Shown: positions 38,624 to 49,096 of the stretch, in pieces
Numbering within the stretch: position 1 is the first letter of the stretch
Layout of the letters: the number at the start of each line of letters is the position of its first letter
DNA from: an uncultured cyanobacterium
GTDB taxonomy: Bacteria; Cyanobacteriota; Cyanobacteriia; Cyanobacteriales; CAWCAG01
Assembly (NCBI GenBank): GCA_963793425.1
Contig: CAWCAG010000009.1
Location: forward strand, 1,007,037-1,071,036
Length of the DNA: 64,000 bases
Reading direction: 5' to 3'
Notes under the pieces: generated by a model
What the model was told of the DNA's origin: nothing
What the model saw: the letters and a program-made list of their open reading frames with translations, nothing else
Databases searched by the model: none
Position numbers and translations under genes: made by a program

Positions 38624-38728
38624 AATAAAAGGACTGGTTTACTTAGTTACCAGCTTATAACTCATATAGCTAAATACACGGGATTGAGTGAAAATGAAGT
38701 TGAACAACTGTAGTTTTATTACCAACAA

Positions 38729-41725
38729 TTAGGGTTCTGGTCCTAAAAGGGTAGGATTTTCAACTTCGCGAATAATTGTTTCTGGAGAAGCATTCTCTGC
38801 TTGTTCGGGGTTGAAAAGTACTTCAAGGGCTTTCTCTAAAGTTTCTGCCATAGCAATGCGGTTTTCATAAACAACAATTACCCTAGCTAAAATCGGTAAA
38901 CTATTCTCTTCTGCTTCTAAATAAAGAGGCTCTACATAAATTAAAGATTGTTCAATGGGAATCATCAATAAGTTTCCCTGAATAGCGTTAGAGCCTTGGT
39001 TATCCCAAAGGGAAATTTGTTGAGAAATAACTGGATCTTGGTTAATTAGGGCTTCAATTTGTTCTGGTCCGTAGATCAGTCTTTGTTTAGGAAATTCATA
39101 GAGTAGGAGTTTACCATAATTATCACCATCAGAACGTGCCGCTAGCCAAGCAACTAAGTTATTACGACTAGTGGGAGTGTAGGGGTGGAGGAGAATAAAT
39201 TCTTCTGAGGCTAACTCTGGTAGTTTAACAATTAAGTAGTAAGGTTCTACTGGTTGAGATTCTGCCCCGTAAATCTCTTTGGGAATTTGCCATTGATCTT
39301 CCCGGTTATAAAAGACTTGGAAGTCTGTCATGTGGTAGGTTAGCAACTGTTCCGATTGGGTGCTAAATAAGTCTAGGGGATAGCGAATATGGCTGAAGAG
39401 AGTTTCTGGCATCTCTTCTAAGGGTTTGAAGAGTTGAGGGAAAATTTTAGCCCAGGTTTGGATGATGGGATCATCCTTATCGACAACATAAAAATCGACA
39501 TCGCCGTTGTAGGCATCCACAACAATTTTGACTGAGTTACGGATGTAATTAAATTTGTTCTTGCCTGGGTCAGAATAAGGATAACGATTGCTGGTGGTGT
39601 AGGCATCAATGATCCAATAGAGGTAGTTTTCTTGGTCAGTTTCCCCAATTTCTGGCACATTGGCATTAACTAAATAGGGGTCATGATCAAAACGTAAAAA
39701 AGGGGCGATCGCTTGGCAACGAGTTTTGATATCCCGGCGTAGGAGAAGTTTGGTTTCTGGTGTGAAGTTTTCTGTGAAAAGCATTTGCCAATCTTTAAGA
39801 TAGGCTGCAAAAAAGATACGCTGCCAGTAGTTGCCAATGTCAATACCCCCTCTACCGTCGTAGGTGTTGTAGACGTTATCATCCCCGCTGGGATAGTCTA
39901 ATTCCTCAATTCTGGTGGAGGTGAGGACGTAGTTATCTGTGAGTTGCCCGTAGTAAATGCGGGGTTTGCCAATGGGGATACTATCTCTGATATAAGGATC
40001 GGAGGTACGTAATGTCCCTTGTTCACTTTCCTCTGATCCTGTACCAATGTCCTTAACAAAATAAAAAGGTAGTCCCCCTTCTCCGACTTTGTTAACAGGA
40101 GAGAGAGTAAAACCATAACCGTGGGTATAAACTAGATGTTTGTTGACCCAAGTTTGGGCTTCTTGGGGTACAGACTTATAGTCTAGTTCCCTGGGGGCAA
40201 TGATTACTTGCTGTCTGAGAGTATCAGGGATTGTACTATCTTCTTCTTCGCCAACTTTAAGGGTATAACGGTCAATATCAGCATCAGGAAAGCGGTAGTA
40301 GAGGCGAATTTGCTGTAGTTGGCGATTCGTTTGTAATAGAGGGCGAGTGTCCCAAAGACGAATATCCCTAACGGTTAAACTGTTTTCTGTAATATCTTTA
40401 GCATTAAGCCCTGCTTGGGGGTTAAATTGTATTGCTTCAATTGTGTCTAAACCAAAGGCTTTTCTGGTATTAGTAATACTTCTTTGAATATAAAGTTCTT
40501 CCCTAGCTAATTCGTTAGGTAATACTTCCAAATTCTGTACTATTGCTGGTAATAATTTGGCGAAAAGAACAAAAGCAATTAAGTATGAAGCAAGGACACC
40601 CATAGCCGGGTAAAGTGAAGGAGAAAGAGAATATTTAGCTAAACTCCGCCACAAAAGCCAAAAGGCAATTCCACCTGCCACTACAGCGAGGCCTGTTTCT
40701 ACAGGTAACTGTATTTTAACATCGGTATAGCTAGCTCCATAAGCTACTCCCCGTAAAGAGTACAGCAATTCATAGCGCTTAAGCCAATGGTTAAAGGCTT
40801 CGGTAAACATCATCAAACTTCCTAGCCCCTGAAGATGATGCAATTGAGGTGAGGAAAAGCCGGGGAATTTACCTTGAGAAAGGCTATTTCCAGATACTAA
40901 ATAGAGTAAACAACAAGCAATAAAGGTATAGCCAAATAGACCGCTTAGCCAAAAATCCAATAATTTCCAGATCGGAAATTTAAAGATATAGAAACTCAGA
41001 TCATTTTGGAAGAGAGGATCTAGTTCATTAAAATTCGTGGCCGCGAAGTATTGGAGAAACCTTGTCCAGTTGCCAGCAATGATGGTACTAAAAGTTAAAC
41101 TTAGTCCCACGGCGATCGCCATGAGAATAAATTCAGTATTAATGAATAAAATAGTTGCTATGGCAATCAATATCGCAATTTGCCAGATAATCGCATTTTT
41201 AGCTAAGATTGCATTTGCTAATTCAAGTATTTCTAACCTCAAGGAAAAAGGCAGAGGTGGAGCAACATTTAAGACACTCAAGCCAGGTTGCCAAAACTTG
41301 GCAACTATTTGGCTATAGTGCAGAACAATCAATCCAACCAGTAAGTTTAAGCTAATTAGAAGTGGTAGTAATATTTTCAGGTTAAAGGCAGTTTTAGTCG
41401 CCGCTTTTTCAGTTGCCTCCCTAGGCAAAGAGTTAATTGTTAAATATTTTCTTTCTTGTTCTTCTGGCTGAGGATAGCGAAATTTTCTAGCTAGAAAGAT
41501 ATTAAGAAAGAGAAACACTCCTGAAACCAAGAAAGTAAGGAGCCAAAGTTGTAATTTATTAGTTAATCCTTTGACAAAAACTTCTAGATAACCAATTTCT
41601 TGAAACCAAAAGGATTCTGCTTTCAAAGTAGCAATAATATCCAAAGCAAAGCCTAGTCCGATTAGAAGAACTAGCAAGGTTAATATCTTGTGGTGACGAG
41701 GAAAGTTGGCTAAGCTTTTTAGCAT
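38729..41725 (-). CDS. UPF0182-family large membrane protein
   Basis: 998 aa, with an N-terminal polytopic region followed by a large soluble domain. Blocks such as YYRFPDADIDRY and VYTHGYG fit my memory of the family. Confidence 0.65.
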   Translation of the reverse strand: MLKSLANFPRHHKILTLLVLLIGLGFALDIIATLKAESFWFQEIGYLEVFVKGLTNKLQLWLLTFLVSGVFLFLNIFLARKFRYPQPEEQERKYLTINSLPREATEKAATKTAFNLKILLPLLISLNLLVGLIVLHYSQIVAKFWQPGLSVLNVAPPLPFSLRLEILELANAILAKNAIIWQIAILIAIATILFINTEFILMAIAVGLSLTFSTIIAGNWTRFLQYFAATNFNELDPLFQNDLSFYIFKFPIWKLLDFWLSGLFGYTFIACCLLYLVSGNSLSQGKFPGFSSPQLHHLQGLGSLMMFTEAFNHWLKRYELLYSLRGVAYGASYTDVKIQLPVETGLAVVAGGIAFWLLWRSLAKYSLSPSLYPAMGVLASYLIAFVLFAKLLPAIVQNLEVLPNELAREELYIQRSITNTRKAFGLDTIEAIQFNPQAGLNAKDITENSLTVRDIRLWDTRPLLQTNRQLQQIRLYYRFPDADIDRYTLKVGEEEDSTIPDTLRQQVIIAPRELDYKSVPQEAQTWVNKHLVYTHGYGFTLSPVNKVGEGGLPFYFVKDIGTGSEESEQGTLRTSDPYIRDSIPIGKPRIYYGQLTDNYVLTSTRIEELDYPSGDDNVYNTYDGRGGIDIGNYWQRIFFAAYLKDWQMLFTENFTPETKLLLRRDIKTRCQAIAPFLRFDHDPYLVNANVPEIGETDQENYLYWIIDAYTTSNRYPYSDPGKNKFNYIRNSVKIVVDAYNGDVDFYVVDKDDPIIQTWAKIFPQLFKPLEEMPETLFSHIRYPLDLFSTQSEQLLTYHMTDFQVFYNREDQWQIPKEIYGAESQPVEPYYLIVKLPELASEEFILLHPYTPTSRNNLVAWLAARSDGDNYGKLLLYEFPKQRLIYGPEQIEALINQDPVISQQISLWDNQGSNAIQGNLLMIPIEQSLIYVEPLYLEAEENSLPILARVIVVYENRIAMAETLEKALEVLFNPEQAENASPETIIREVENPTLLGPEP

Positions 41726-41769
41726 TTAGAATAAGTAATTAGGTGGTCAGTAAACATCTACACTGCTCC

Positions 41770-42141
41770 CTACTCCCCACTCTCTTCTCCCTTATGCTTG
41801 GGGCGATTATTTTTATCGACGAAAACCACTGTTGGTTGATGATTTTTTGCTTCTTCTGAATTTAACTGACCGTAGGTCATAATAATTAAGCGATCGCCTC
41901 CTACTCCTAAACGGGCAGCAGCACCATTTAGTTCAATGATGCCAGAGTTAGCTGTTGCTTCAATAGCGTAGGTAATTAACCTCTCTCCGTTGGAAATATT
42001 AACCACTTGCACTTGTTCATAAACAGAAATTCCTGATTTATCTAACAAGGTTTTATCAACACTAATACTACCAACATAATTGAGATTAGTAGACGTTAAA
42101 GTACAGTTATGAATTTTAGCCAATAAAAATATACGTTGCAT
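41770..42141 (-). CDS. panD: Aspartate 1-decarboxylase (pyruvoyl-dependent)
   Basis: [21 protein letters not shown], with the Gly-Ser self-cleavage site. Confidence 0.9.
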   Translation of the reverse strand: MQRIFLLAKIHNCTLTSTNLNYVGSISVDKTLLDKSGISVYEQVQVVNISNGERLITYAIEATANSGIIELNGAAARLGVGGDRLIIMTYGQLNSEEAKNHQPTVVFVDKNNRPKHKGEESGE

Positions 42142-42256
42142 AGATTAGTTATTAGTTGAGCTTTTTAGCAAGAGCTAAATAATACATTTTTTCAGAAAAA
42201 AATACAGTAAAGTAGTATCAATTTTATTTTATCTTACTCAGCTCCCCAACTCTCCA

Positions 42257-45200
42257 TCACTCCGCTTCACCAAGCAACATAAACCCCGCCCAATTAAGAG
42301 GATTGGGGTCAACTTCTTTTCTGGTTAACATTGCTTGTCGTAATGCCTGGGCTTTGTCGGGATTAGTTTCCAGGTTCTTATAAAACTCTGTCATCAAGGG
42401 GGCTGTGGGATTGTCTGGTAAACTCCACAGGGAAACTACGAGGCTGGGAACTCCGGCGTTAAAGAAAGCGCGGGATAAACCAATAACCCCGTCGCTAGTG
42501 ATGTCTCCTAAGCCTGTATTGCAAGCGCTGAGAACAACGAGATCCGCTTGTAACTTCATGTTGTAAATATCAACAGCGCTGAGTAAACCATCATTCTTTT
42601 CATCTGGGGCGAGGGCAATTACTCCAGGCATCAGGTTTTCGGAGTAGTTGAGTAAACCGTGGGTGGCGAAGTGGATTAACTTCGCTTGGGGCATCTTCTC
42701 CACTACAGCGGTTTCTGTTGCTTCTGTACCAATGAGGGGTTGCACTCCTTGCCTTTGAGCAATTGTTTTTGCTTCTGCTTCTGTTCCTGGCAAGGAGTCT
42801 AGTTTATCCTCTGGTGGTTCCCCTGGTACTACGGTAATGGGAGGCATCTTCGGATTACCAATGATTAAGGCTTCTCCTGTTGTTCCGGTTAAGCTGGTTT
42901 TTCTTTTATGGGTTAAATCTAAAACTTGGATGGAAGGAGAAGAGACAATAGTGTGTTTGTCGATTAAATATTGCCCCTCTTCATCTTGCAAGGCGGCAAA
43001 GGGAACAAAGAACAGTTCTTGATCCGGAATAAATACTACCCTGGCTTCAGGATCTTGGGGCAGTAAGTCAGCGATGGGGGCGATGAGGAGTTGGTGGAGT
43101 TTCTTTAACTTCTGTTCCGTATACTGTTCTTTTCCTGGTTGTACTAATTCTCCTAAGCCGCGACTATCGATACCAGGAGATTCACCAGTGTTGGCGATGA
43201 GTTGGGCAAAGGCGGATTCGGAGGTGTTGTCTGTGGCTAACTGTTGGTTTGAGGTGACGAGGAAGATGAGGCTACCTGTGCTGGCGAGGCAGATAACTCC
43301 TAGTAGCGAGGGGACAAAGATTTTAGTTTTTGATGTTTTTCGGTAGAAGTAAATTAAGGCAAGGAGGCTAAGTAGGGAAAGTAGGGAGGTGGTGATGGTG
43401 AGGGGGAAGCCCCAGGCTGGTTTCTTTTGTTCCCAGAAGAAGTCTAGGAATGAGAGTAGAGGGGTTGTTCCAAATTCCTTTTCTTTCCAGAGGGGAGTGA
43501 GATCCACGGATTGAAATTCAACTTTACCGGAAGGTTGGATTACCCAAATATAGAGTGCTGATTCTTTAGGAATTTGTTTACCTTCGATGTGAACAGTCTC
43601 ATAAACAACGGCATATTCTACGAGAGCGGCTTTTTGTTTTTGAGCAATTTTCTTAATTTCTGACAATAAAGGAGGTTGAATGGGAGTTATCTAAATCCTT
43701 AGCTAATAATTCTACTAAGGTTCTTGTGCGACTCCGTTCAGAAACTTCTAGAGCTGCTTCCGTTTTCTGTTGGGCGATGAGAACTTCTTGTAAGAGGCGA
43801 TAGGTGCGGGCTTGCTGTTCAAAAATTGAGAGTTTATTTGCAGTATTTAATTCTTCTCGGATTGTTTCCCATACATTAATTCCTGCCTGAAGAACCTTTT
43901 CTGCTTCGGCAAACTTACTTGCTTTATGCAAAGCCATTGCCAAGATTATTTAAAGAACTAGCTTCCCCTTGTCTGTCCCCTATTTCCCTAGCTATATCAA
44001 GGGACTGCTGATAGAATTCAATCGCTTTTTGGTATTGCCCTAGGTAATGGTAAGCAACTCCCAAATTACTCAAGGACTTAGCTTCTCCTTCGTCTGTCTC
44101 CTATTTCCCTAGCTATATCAAGAGACTGCTGATGTAATTTAATCGCTTTTTGGTATTGCCCTAGAGAATGGTAAGCATTACCCAAATTACTAAAGGAATT
44201 AGCTTCCCCTTGTCTATTCCCTATTTCCCTCGCTATATCAAGAGACTGCTGATTGTAGTTTAATCTGCTTTTTGATATTGTCCTAGGGAATGATAAGCAC
44301 TCCCAAATTACCTAAAGGAATTAGCTTCCCCTTGTCTATTACCTATTTCCCTGTCTATATCAAGGGACTGTTAGTAGAAATGTAATCGCTTTTTCGTATT
44401 GCCCTAGGGAATGGTAAGCAAGTCCCAAATTACCCAAGGAATTAGCTTCCCCTTGTCTATCCCCTATTTCCCTCGCTATATCTCGATGCTGCTGATGGAA
44501 TTTAATCGCTTTTTCGTATTGCCCTAGGGAATGGTAAGCAATGTCCTAAATTACCTAAAGGAATTAGCTTCCCCTTGTCTATCCCCTATTTTCCTCGCTA
44601 TATCTCGATGACTGCAGATGGTATCGTAATTGCTTTTTGATATTGCCCTAACGAATAGTAAGCAATGCCCAGATTACCCAAGGAATTAGCTTCCCATTGA
44701 AGATCTCCTAATTTCCCTAGCTATATCCAGAGACTGTCGGTGAAATTGTAATCGCTTTTTCGTATTGCCCTAGAGAATCGTAAGCGAGTCCTAAATTACC
44801 CAAGGAAGCAGCTTCCCATTGAAGATCACTAATCTCCCTAGCTATATCCAGGGACTGTTGGTGGAATTGTAATTGCTTTTTGATATTGTCCTAAGGAATA
44901 GTAAGCCATTCCCAAATTACCCAATGAATTAGCTTCCCCTTGTCTGTCCCCTATTTTCCTGGCTATATCTAAGATGCTTGCTGGATGGAAATGTAATCGC
45001 TTTTTGATATTGTCCTAAGGATATAGTAAGCTATTCCCAAATTACCCAGGGAATTAGCTTCCTTTGTCTGATCTACCTATTTCACGATAAATCTTCAATG
45101 CTTGTTCCCAAGACTGAATTGCAGCACTAAATTGACTATTATTGAACTGCTGCTTTCCCTGCTCAAATAGTTGATCTGCTTCTGCTTCACGGTTAGTTTG

Positions 45201-45293
45201 TGCCAGTATCTGCCTGGACTGAGTGGGAACAGACTGTGCTTGAGGAAGAGGGAGAAAGAGAAGGAAAATTAGTGTTAGGAGAAACTTTTTCAT
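42257..45293 (-). pseudogene. Large secreted TPR-repeat / CHAT-domain (caspase-like) protein gene, multiply frameshifted
   Basis: Signal peptide MKKFLLTLIFLLFLPLPQAQS (ATG 45291-93). The ~1.1 kb TPR array has no ORF of 60 aa or more. The linker ORF 43653..43943 is frame-shifted relative to CHAT ORF 42257..43666, which carries the catalytic-type motifs IHFATHG and LSACNTG. Confidence 0.7.
43944..45060. repeat. Array of about ten ~121-bp units (degenerate 40-aa TPR coding repeats)
   Basis: The marker GCTTCC recurs at 43961, 44081, 44202, 44324, 44445, 44567, 44689, 44811, 44932 and 45057. The minus strand reads ...DIAREIGDRQGEANSLGNLG.AYHSLGQYEKAI... Confidence 0.85.
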
Positions 45294-45438
45294 ACAAGTC
45301 ATTTTCGTAGGGTGGGCAAAATGCAACAGAATCGGCAATCATTCATCATCCCCCTTTGCCCACCACAATCATCATGGTGGGCAAAGCTAACTGTACTGTC
45401 ACAATCACGAATTAACAACAACTTGCCTACCCTAGGTT

Positions 45439-46092
45439 TTATGACCTCTCCAAAATCCCCAAACTCTCAATCAACTGGGGTTTCTCCTCTAAAGCAATCC
45501 TAGCGATCGCCACAAAATCACTCAACCAAACATTAAGCTCCTCAATCACCCCGTCCCTCACCTTCGTTGCATCCTGTGCCTCTCCCATCTCCTTCTTCTG
45601 GGCCAAATTAGCAGCCTCCACAGCCTCTACTTCAGCTTGTGCCGCCTCTAACTTCGCGGGAGTAATGCCATACTCAGCAACAGCATCCAGAAAACCTTGA
45701 TTACTAAGGATATTTTCATAAAACTGCTTCGCCTCCAACAACCAAGCAGAAAGAGCGCGTTTGCGGATACCATTGAGGGCTAACTCTGCTGCTGCACCCG
45801 GATTATCTTTAAAAGTGATGCGGGCAATTTTCAGGTGACGATTGTAACTTGCTTTAGCTGCTTCCCAAGTTTCGTTAAGGGCTGCTGTAGCGCTGTATTG
45901 TTCCCCGTACTCCTTGGTTTGCTTTTGTTGTGCTGCTAAAGCTTTGTCATAGAGGGTTTTACCTTGTTGGAGTTTTTCTGGAGTGTAACCATATTCTGTT
46001 AAATAAGCTTGAATTTGAGGTTGAGCGAGGGCGTTATCAATAGCAACGCGAGCATCATTGAGAAAACTGTCCAGAGTTTGATTAATTGCCAC
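45439..46092 (-). CDS. Hypothetical helical protein with internal duplication (217 aa)
   Basis: Two related segments (TEYGYTPEKLQQGKTLYDKALAAQQKQTKEYGEQ / AEYGITPAKLEAAQAEVEAVEAANLAQKKEMGEA). GTG start. It lies directly upstream of the TPR-CHAT gene on the same strand. Confidence 0.55.
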   Translation of the reverse strand: MAINQTLDSFLNDARVAIDNALAQPQIQAYLTEYGYTPEKLQQGKTLYDKALAAQQKQTKEYGEQYSATAALNETWEAAKASYNRHLKIARITFKDNPGAAAELALNGIRKRALSAWLLEAKQFYENILSNQGFLDAVAEYGITPAKLEAAQAEVEAVEAANLAQKKEMGEAQDATKVRDGVIEELNVWLSDFVAIARIALEEKPQLIESLGILERS

Positions 46093-46220
46093 GGCGATTA
46101 ATTTAGTAAGTTATTGTTGTTTGGCTATACATAGCTACGAAGGAATCACCAATTATTAAAGAAAAATGAGGAAAAATGTCATAAAAATTAAAGAGTTAGT
46201 CCGAGAAATAGCAAAGTAAG

Positions 46221-46364
46221 CTTACGGAACGACTTATTCGGCTTACGGAACAATTTATTTAGCTTGCTCAACGACTTATTCGGCTTACGGAACCATTCAT
46301 TTAACTTACTCAACGACTTATTCGACTTACGGAACCATTCATTTAACTTACTCAACGACTTATT
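46221..46364. repeat. 42-bp tandem repeat, about 3.5 copies
   Basis: The unit CTTACGGAACCATTCATTTAACTTACTCAACGACTTATTCGR starts at 46242, 46284 and 46326. A shortened 21-nt copy lies at 46221. Confidence 0.85.
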
Positions 46365-46420
46365 ACTTATTACTTATTACTTATTACTTATTACTTATTA
46401 CTTATTACTTATTACTTATT
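46358..46420. repeat. Heptamer tandem repeat (ACTTATT) x 9
   Basis: Counted directly: 63 nt of perfect ACTTATT units. The last unit contributes to the stop codon of the minus-strand gene 46419..47177. The same heptamer occurs 2.7 times at 5531-5549. Confidence 0.9.
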
Positions 46421-47177
46421 ACTTCCCCATCTCCCCAACTTCCTCAATAGACAAACTCAAAGCCGCAGCTACTTGCTCCACACTTAAACCCAAAGCTAAT
46501 AAGCGGGGTACAGCTTGTCGCCTAGCTTGAGCTTCAGCTAAACGACCCTGTTCAGCCTCTTGTCTTGCTTCCTCAGTTTCTTGATAACTCAACAACTTCT
46601 TATTAGTTTGAGAGTCATAGAAACGTAATTCTTTCCCAATTAATCTTAAATCTAACCCCAATGTCTCAGAATACATCGACATCACTCCCCCACTCGCCAC
46701 ATTCTTAGCTATGGGTTGGTAAACCCCCTCTACTAGTCTCACCCCCTTGATTTGCTGCTTGAGATAATCTCCTGTGGGGTCATATTGAAAATACTCTTCT
46801 ACCCCCAGGTTTTGGTAGGTAATCGGCTTTTGTTCTTCATCTACCTTTTTGGTTGTGTTTGAAGTGATTTCTAGGATAAAACTAGGAACTTTTCCCCCTT
46901 CTTCCCACACTTTGTAAGTCTTCCGTTTCTTCTTCTCTACACCGAAGACCACAAAGACATCTGGGGCCACTACTGACTTTGGTACACCTTGTTGATAATA
47001 AATAAATAAGTTACCGGAAATATAAACATCTTCCCGGTTTTGAAAGTAGATGCTGAGGGCTTCTACGCCATAAATTAAATAATCCCTAGTCGGATCACTT
47101 TCTGCCATTGGTTCACCATCACAATAGGGATAGAGATCATCTTCTGTTTCGATGAGTTGTTCTGATGAAAGAGTCAT
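46419..47177 (-). CDS. Uma2-family (DUF820) putative endonuclease
   Basis: Blocks APDVFVVFGVEKKKR...WEEGGKVPSFILEITSNTT...YQNLGVEEYFQYDP are typical of Uma2. A cyanobacterial-type C-terminal extension is present. Confidence 0.8.
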   Translation of the reverse strand: MTLSSEQLIETEDDLYPYCDGEPMAESDPTRDYLIYGVEALSIYFQNREDVYISGNLFIYYQQGVPKSVVAPDVFVVFGVEKKKRKTYKVWEEGGKVPSFILEITSNTTKKVDEEQKPITYQNLGVEEYFQYDPTGDYLKQQIKGVRLVEGVYQPIAKNVASGGVMSMYSETLGLDLRLIGKELRFYDSQTNKKLLSYQETEEARQEAEQGRLAEAQARRQAVPRLLALGLSVEQVAAALSLSIEEVGEMGK

Positions 47178-47246
47178 GATTTAGTAGACCTCTTACTCAA
47201 TGGCTGTTGATTTTAGGATAACACTGCCCTTGTGTCTAGGAGTTAA

Positions 47247-47777
47247 TCAACCTTGCTTGGGGATGACTGTTAATCTCGTGATTTCTGAGGAATCAAGTCT
47301 AAATTCTATTTCCTCAATCAAATAGTGATCTGCTTCACCTTCCGAAGGATTAAAAAGTTTTTTCACTGCTTCTCGCTTTAACTTTGCCCCCTCTCCTATC
47401 GCATTAAGGGGTAACTCAGTAATTGGTTTAACTGCCCAAGTTTCTTTCCCATCGCGAATAGTTCCTGTGTCACTTTCAGGAATATTTTCCTCTGTAAAAG
47501 TTAACTTCTCAATATTAGCCATAGCCACCACTTCAGAAATACCATTGGATTCTAGGGTGATATTTTCTTGTCCTTCATTAATGTTGCTTAATTGCCCAGC
47601 TTTCCTATTACCATCTTTGAGTTCCACTGTAGCAACAGGGGGTAAAGTAATACAGACTATTTCCTCAGTTGCCTGACACTGGGATTGAGGGTTTTCTTGG
47701 GTTTCGCTACTACAACCGCTTAAGCTAATCAAGGTAAGCAATAAGGTGGCTATCCATCCTGAGTAAACAGTTTTCAT
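47247..47777 (-). CDS. Putative lipoprotein (176 aa)
   Basis: Signal peptide with lipobox LISLSGCSS. Confidence 0.55.
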   Translation of the reverse strand: MKTVYSGWIATLLLTLISLSGCSSETQENPQSQCQATEEIVCITLPPVATVELKDGNRKAGQLSNINEGQENITLESNGISEVVAMANIEKLTFTEENIPESDTGTIRDGKETWAVKPITELPLNAIGEGAKLKREAVKKLFNPSEGEADHYLIEEIEFRLDSSEITRLTVIPKQG

Positions 47778-48199
47778 CTTACTTAATCTCTAAAATTCAA
47801 GTATAAATAAAAACTTAATACAGGCTTAGTAATGGTTTCAGGTTAATTTATGAATATGTTTAGCAATCAATAGTGAATCTTTCTTTTAGTTAATCTGTAG
47901 GTAGAATTAGTTTTATTGGGGGACTAAGCCCCCCAAACCCCCCAGCAGGGAAACAACTGTTTCCCCACACCCCTTCCTAACCGCTTCGCTCTTTCGTTGG
48001 TTATATTTAACTGACTAATTTTGAGTTGGCCTATCGTCGGAAATAGACCTCGTGGTAGGGCGTATCTATATTTGGGATCGTTGTTTAAGAAGTTACTTGC
48101 CACTGGCACAGAGGAAATAGCTTGATTCAATAGACTCAGAATTAGCAATGATAAAATATTATTCAGTTCTAACCCTTTTGAGTAAATAATTTCTGAGTT

Positions 48200-49096
48200 G
48201 TGTCAAACTCCAACCAAAACACTATCCTGGGTAAATTTGCAAGCGTTGTTGCTCTTTTAGGTAGCGCTCTTTATTTTACAGGCTGGATTTATCGTTGGTC
48301 TTACTTTGGCTTTTTTCAACTGGAAGTTACTACCCTCAACTTTCCCTTTGAGTCGTTTCTCTTTGTTCCTCTCCAGGTATTTTTAGGTAGCTTTGCACCA
48401 AATAACCTGGGTAAAGCGATTCTGCAAACTCTCTTTACTATTGCAGTTACTTTAATTATTATTCAAATCACCGTCAGTCTTTTGCAACTAATCAGCTTAA
48501 CTATCACTGCCACCCTCAATTGGTTAACTCAAAAGTTAAGAAAAAGGCTGCAAACTTGGCGAAATCAAAAACCTTTTACCTACAAAACTCGTTCTCTAAT
48601 TAACTCAGTTTTAATCCAACTCAATCGCCACCGCTTCACTCCCCTAAAAATCCGCCACACTCTCTTTTATGAACTAATCATCGTCCTCCATATCATCATC
48701 GCCCTCTTTTTCCTCGCCAGACACCAAGGCATCGTAGATGCTAGACAAGATGCGGGGATAAACTCTAGCCTCTCTGCTGTTACCCTAGTTATCCCGGAAA
48801 ACAAACTAGGTTTTGGCCAAAAACAAAGTAGTTTAGATCAGCCCACAGGGTTGCAAATAATCGGCGATCGCCAACGTTATGAGGACATAGTTAAAAGCCC
48901 AACCAATGACCCCAACAATCAAAGAGTGTGGCGCATTGTTATTGATCAAGGAGGTTACTTTTACATCTTCCGCACCTTACCCCCCAATGCTTCCCCCGAA
49001 GCACGGCCAGTGATTTTAGCTGTGCAAGGTAGTCTCAATGGTGATCAACTATGGATTTTTAGCCCTGAACCAATTCCTAATCAGGTTAAAGATTAA
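48200..49096 (+). CDS. Hypothetical membrane protein (298 aa)
   Basis: Long ORF with a GTG start and three to four hydrophobic helices. Confidence 0.5.
   Translation: MSNSNQNTILGKFASVVALLGSALYFTGWIYRWSYFGFFQLEVTTLNFPFESFLFVPLQVFLGSFAPNNLGKAILQTLFTIAVTLIIIQITVSLLQLISLTITATLNWLTQKLRKRLQTWRNQKPFTYKTRSLINSVLIQLNRHRFTPLKIRHTLFYELIIVLHIIIALFFLARHQGIVDARQDAGINSSLSAVTLVIPENKLGFGQKQSSLDQPTGLQIIGDRQRYEDIVKSPTNDPNNQRVWRIVIDQGGYFYIFRTLPPNASPEARPVILAVQGSLNGDQLWIFSPEPIPNQVKD

Noticed and set aside
43944-45060. Regular ~121-bp periodic repeats that could be mistaken for a CRISPR-like array
   Set aside because: The whole unit is conserved, so there are no unique spacers. The period is far too long for CRISPR. 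The minus strand translates to TPR-repeat text contiguous with a CHAT-domain gene.
46264-46530. 88-aa plus-strand ORF (MLNDLFGLRNHSFNLLNDLF...LLLITYYLLLITYY)
   Set aside because: Its sequence is simply the translation of the 42-bp and 7-bp tandem repeats, and its end overlaps the Uma2 gene.
47924-48148. 74-aa minus-strand ORF
   Set aside because: It is driven by a G/C-rich palindromic intergenic motif (GGGGACTAAGCCCCCCAAACCCCCC) and has no coding features. Treated as non-coding.
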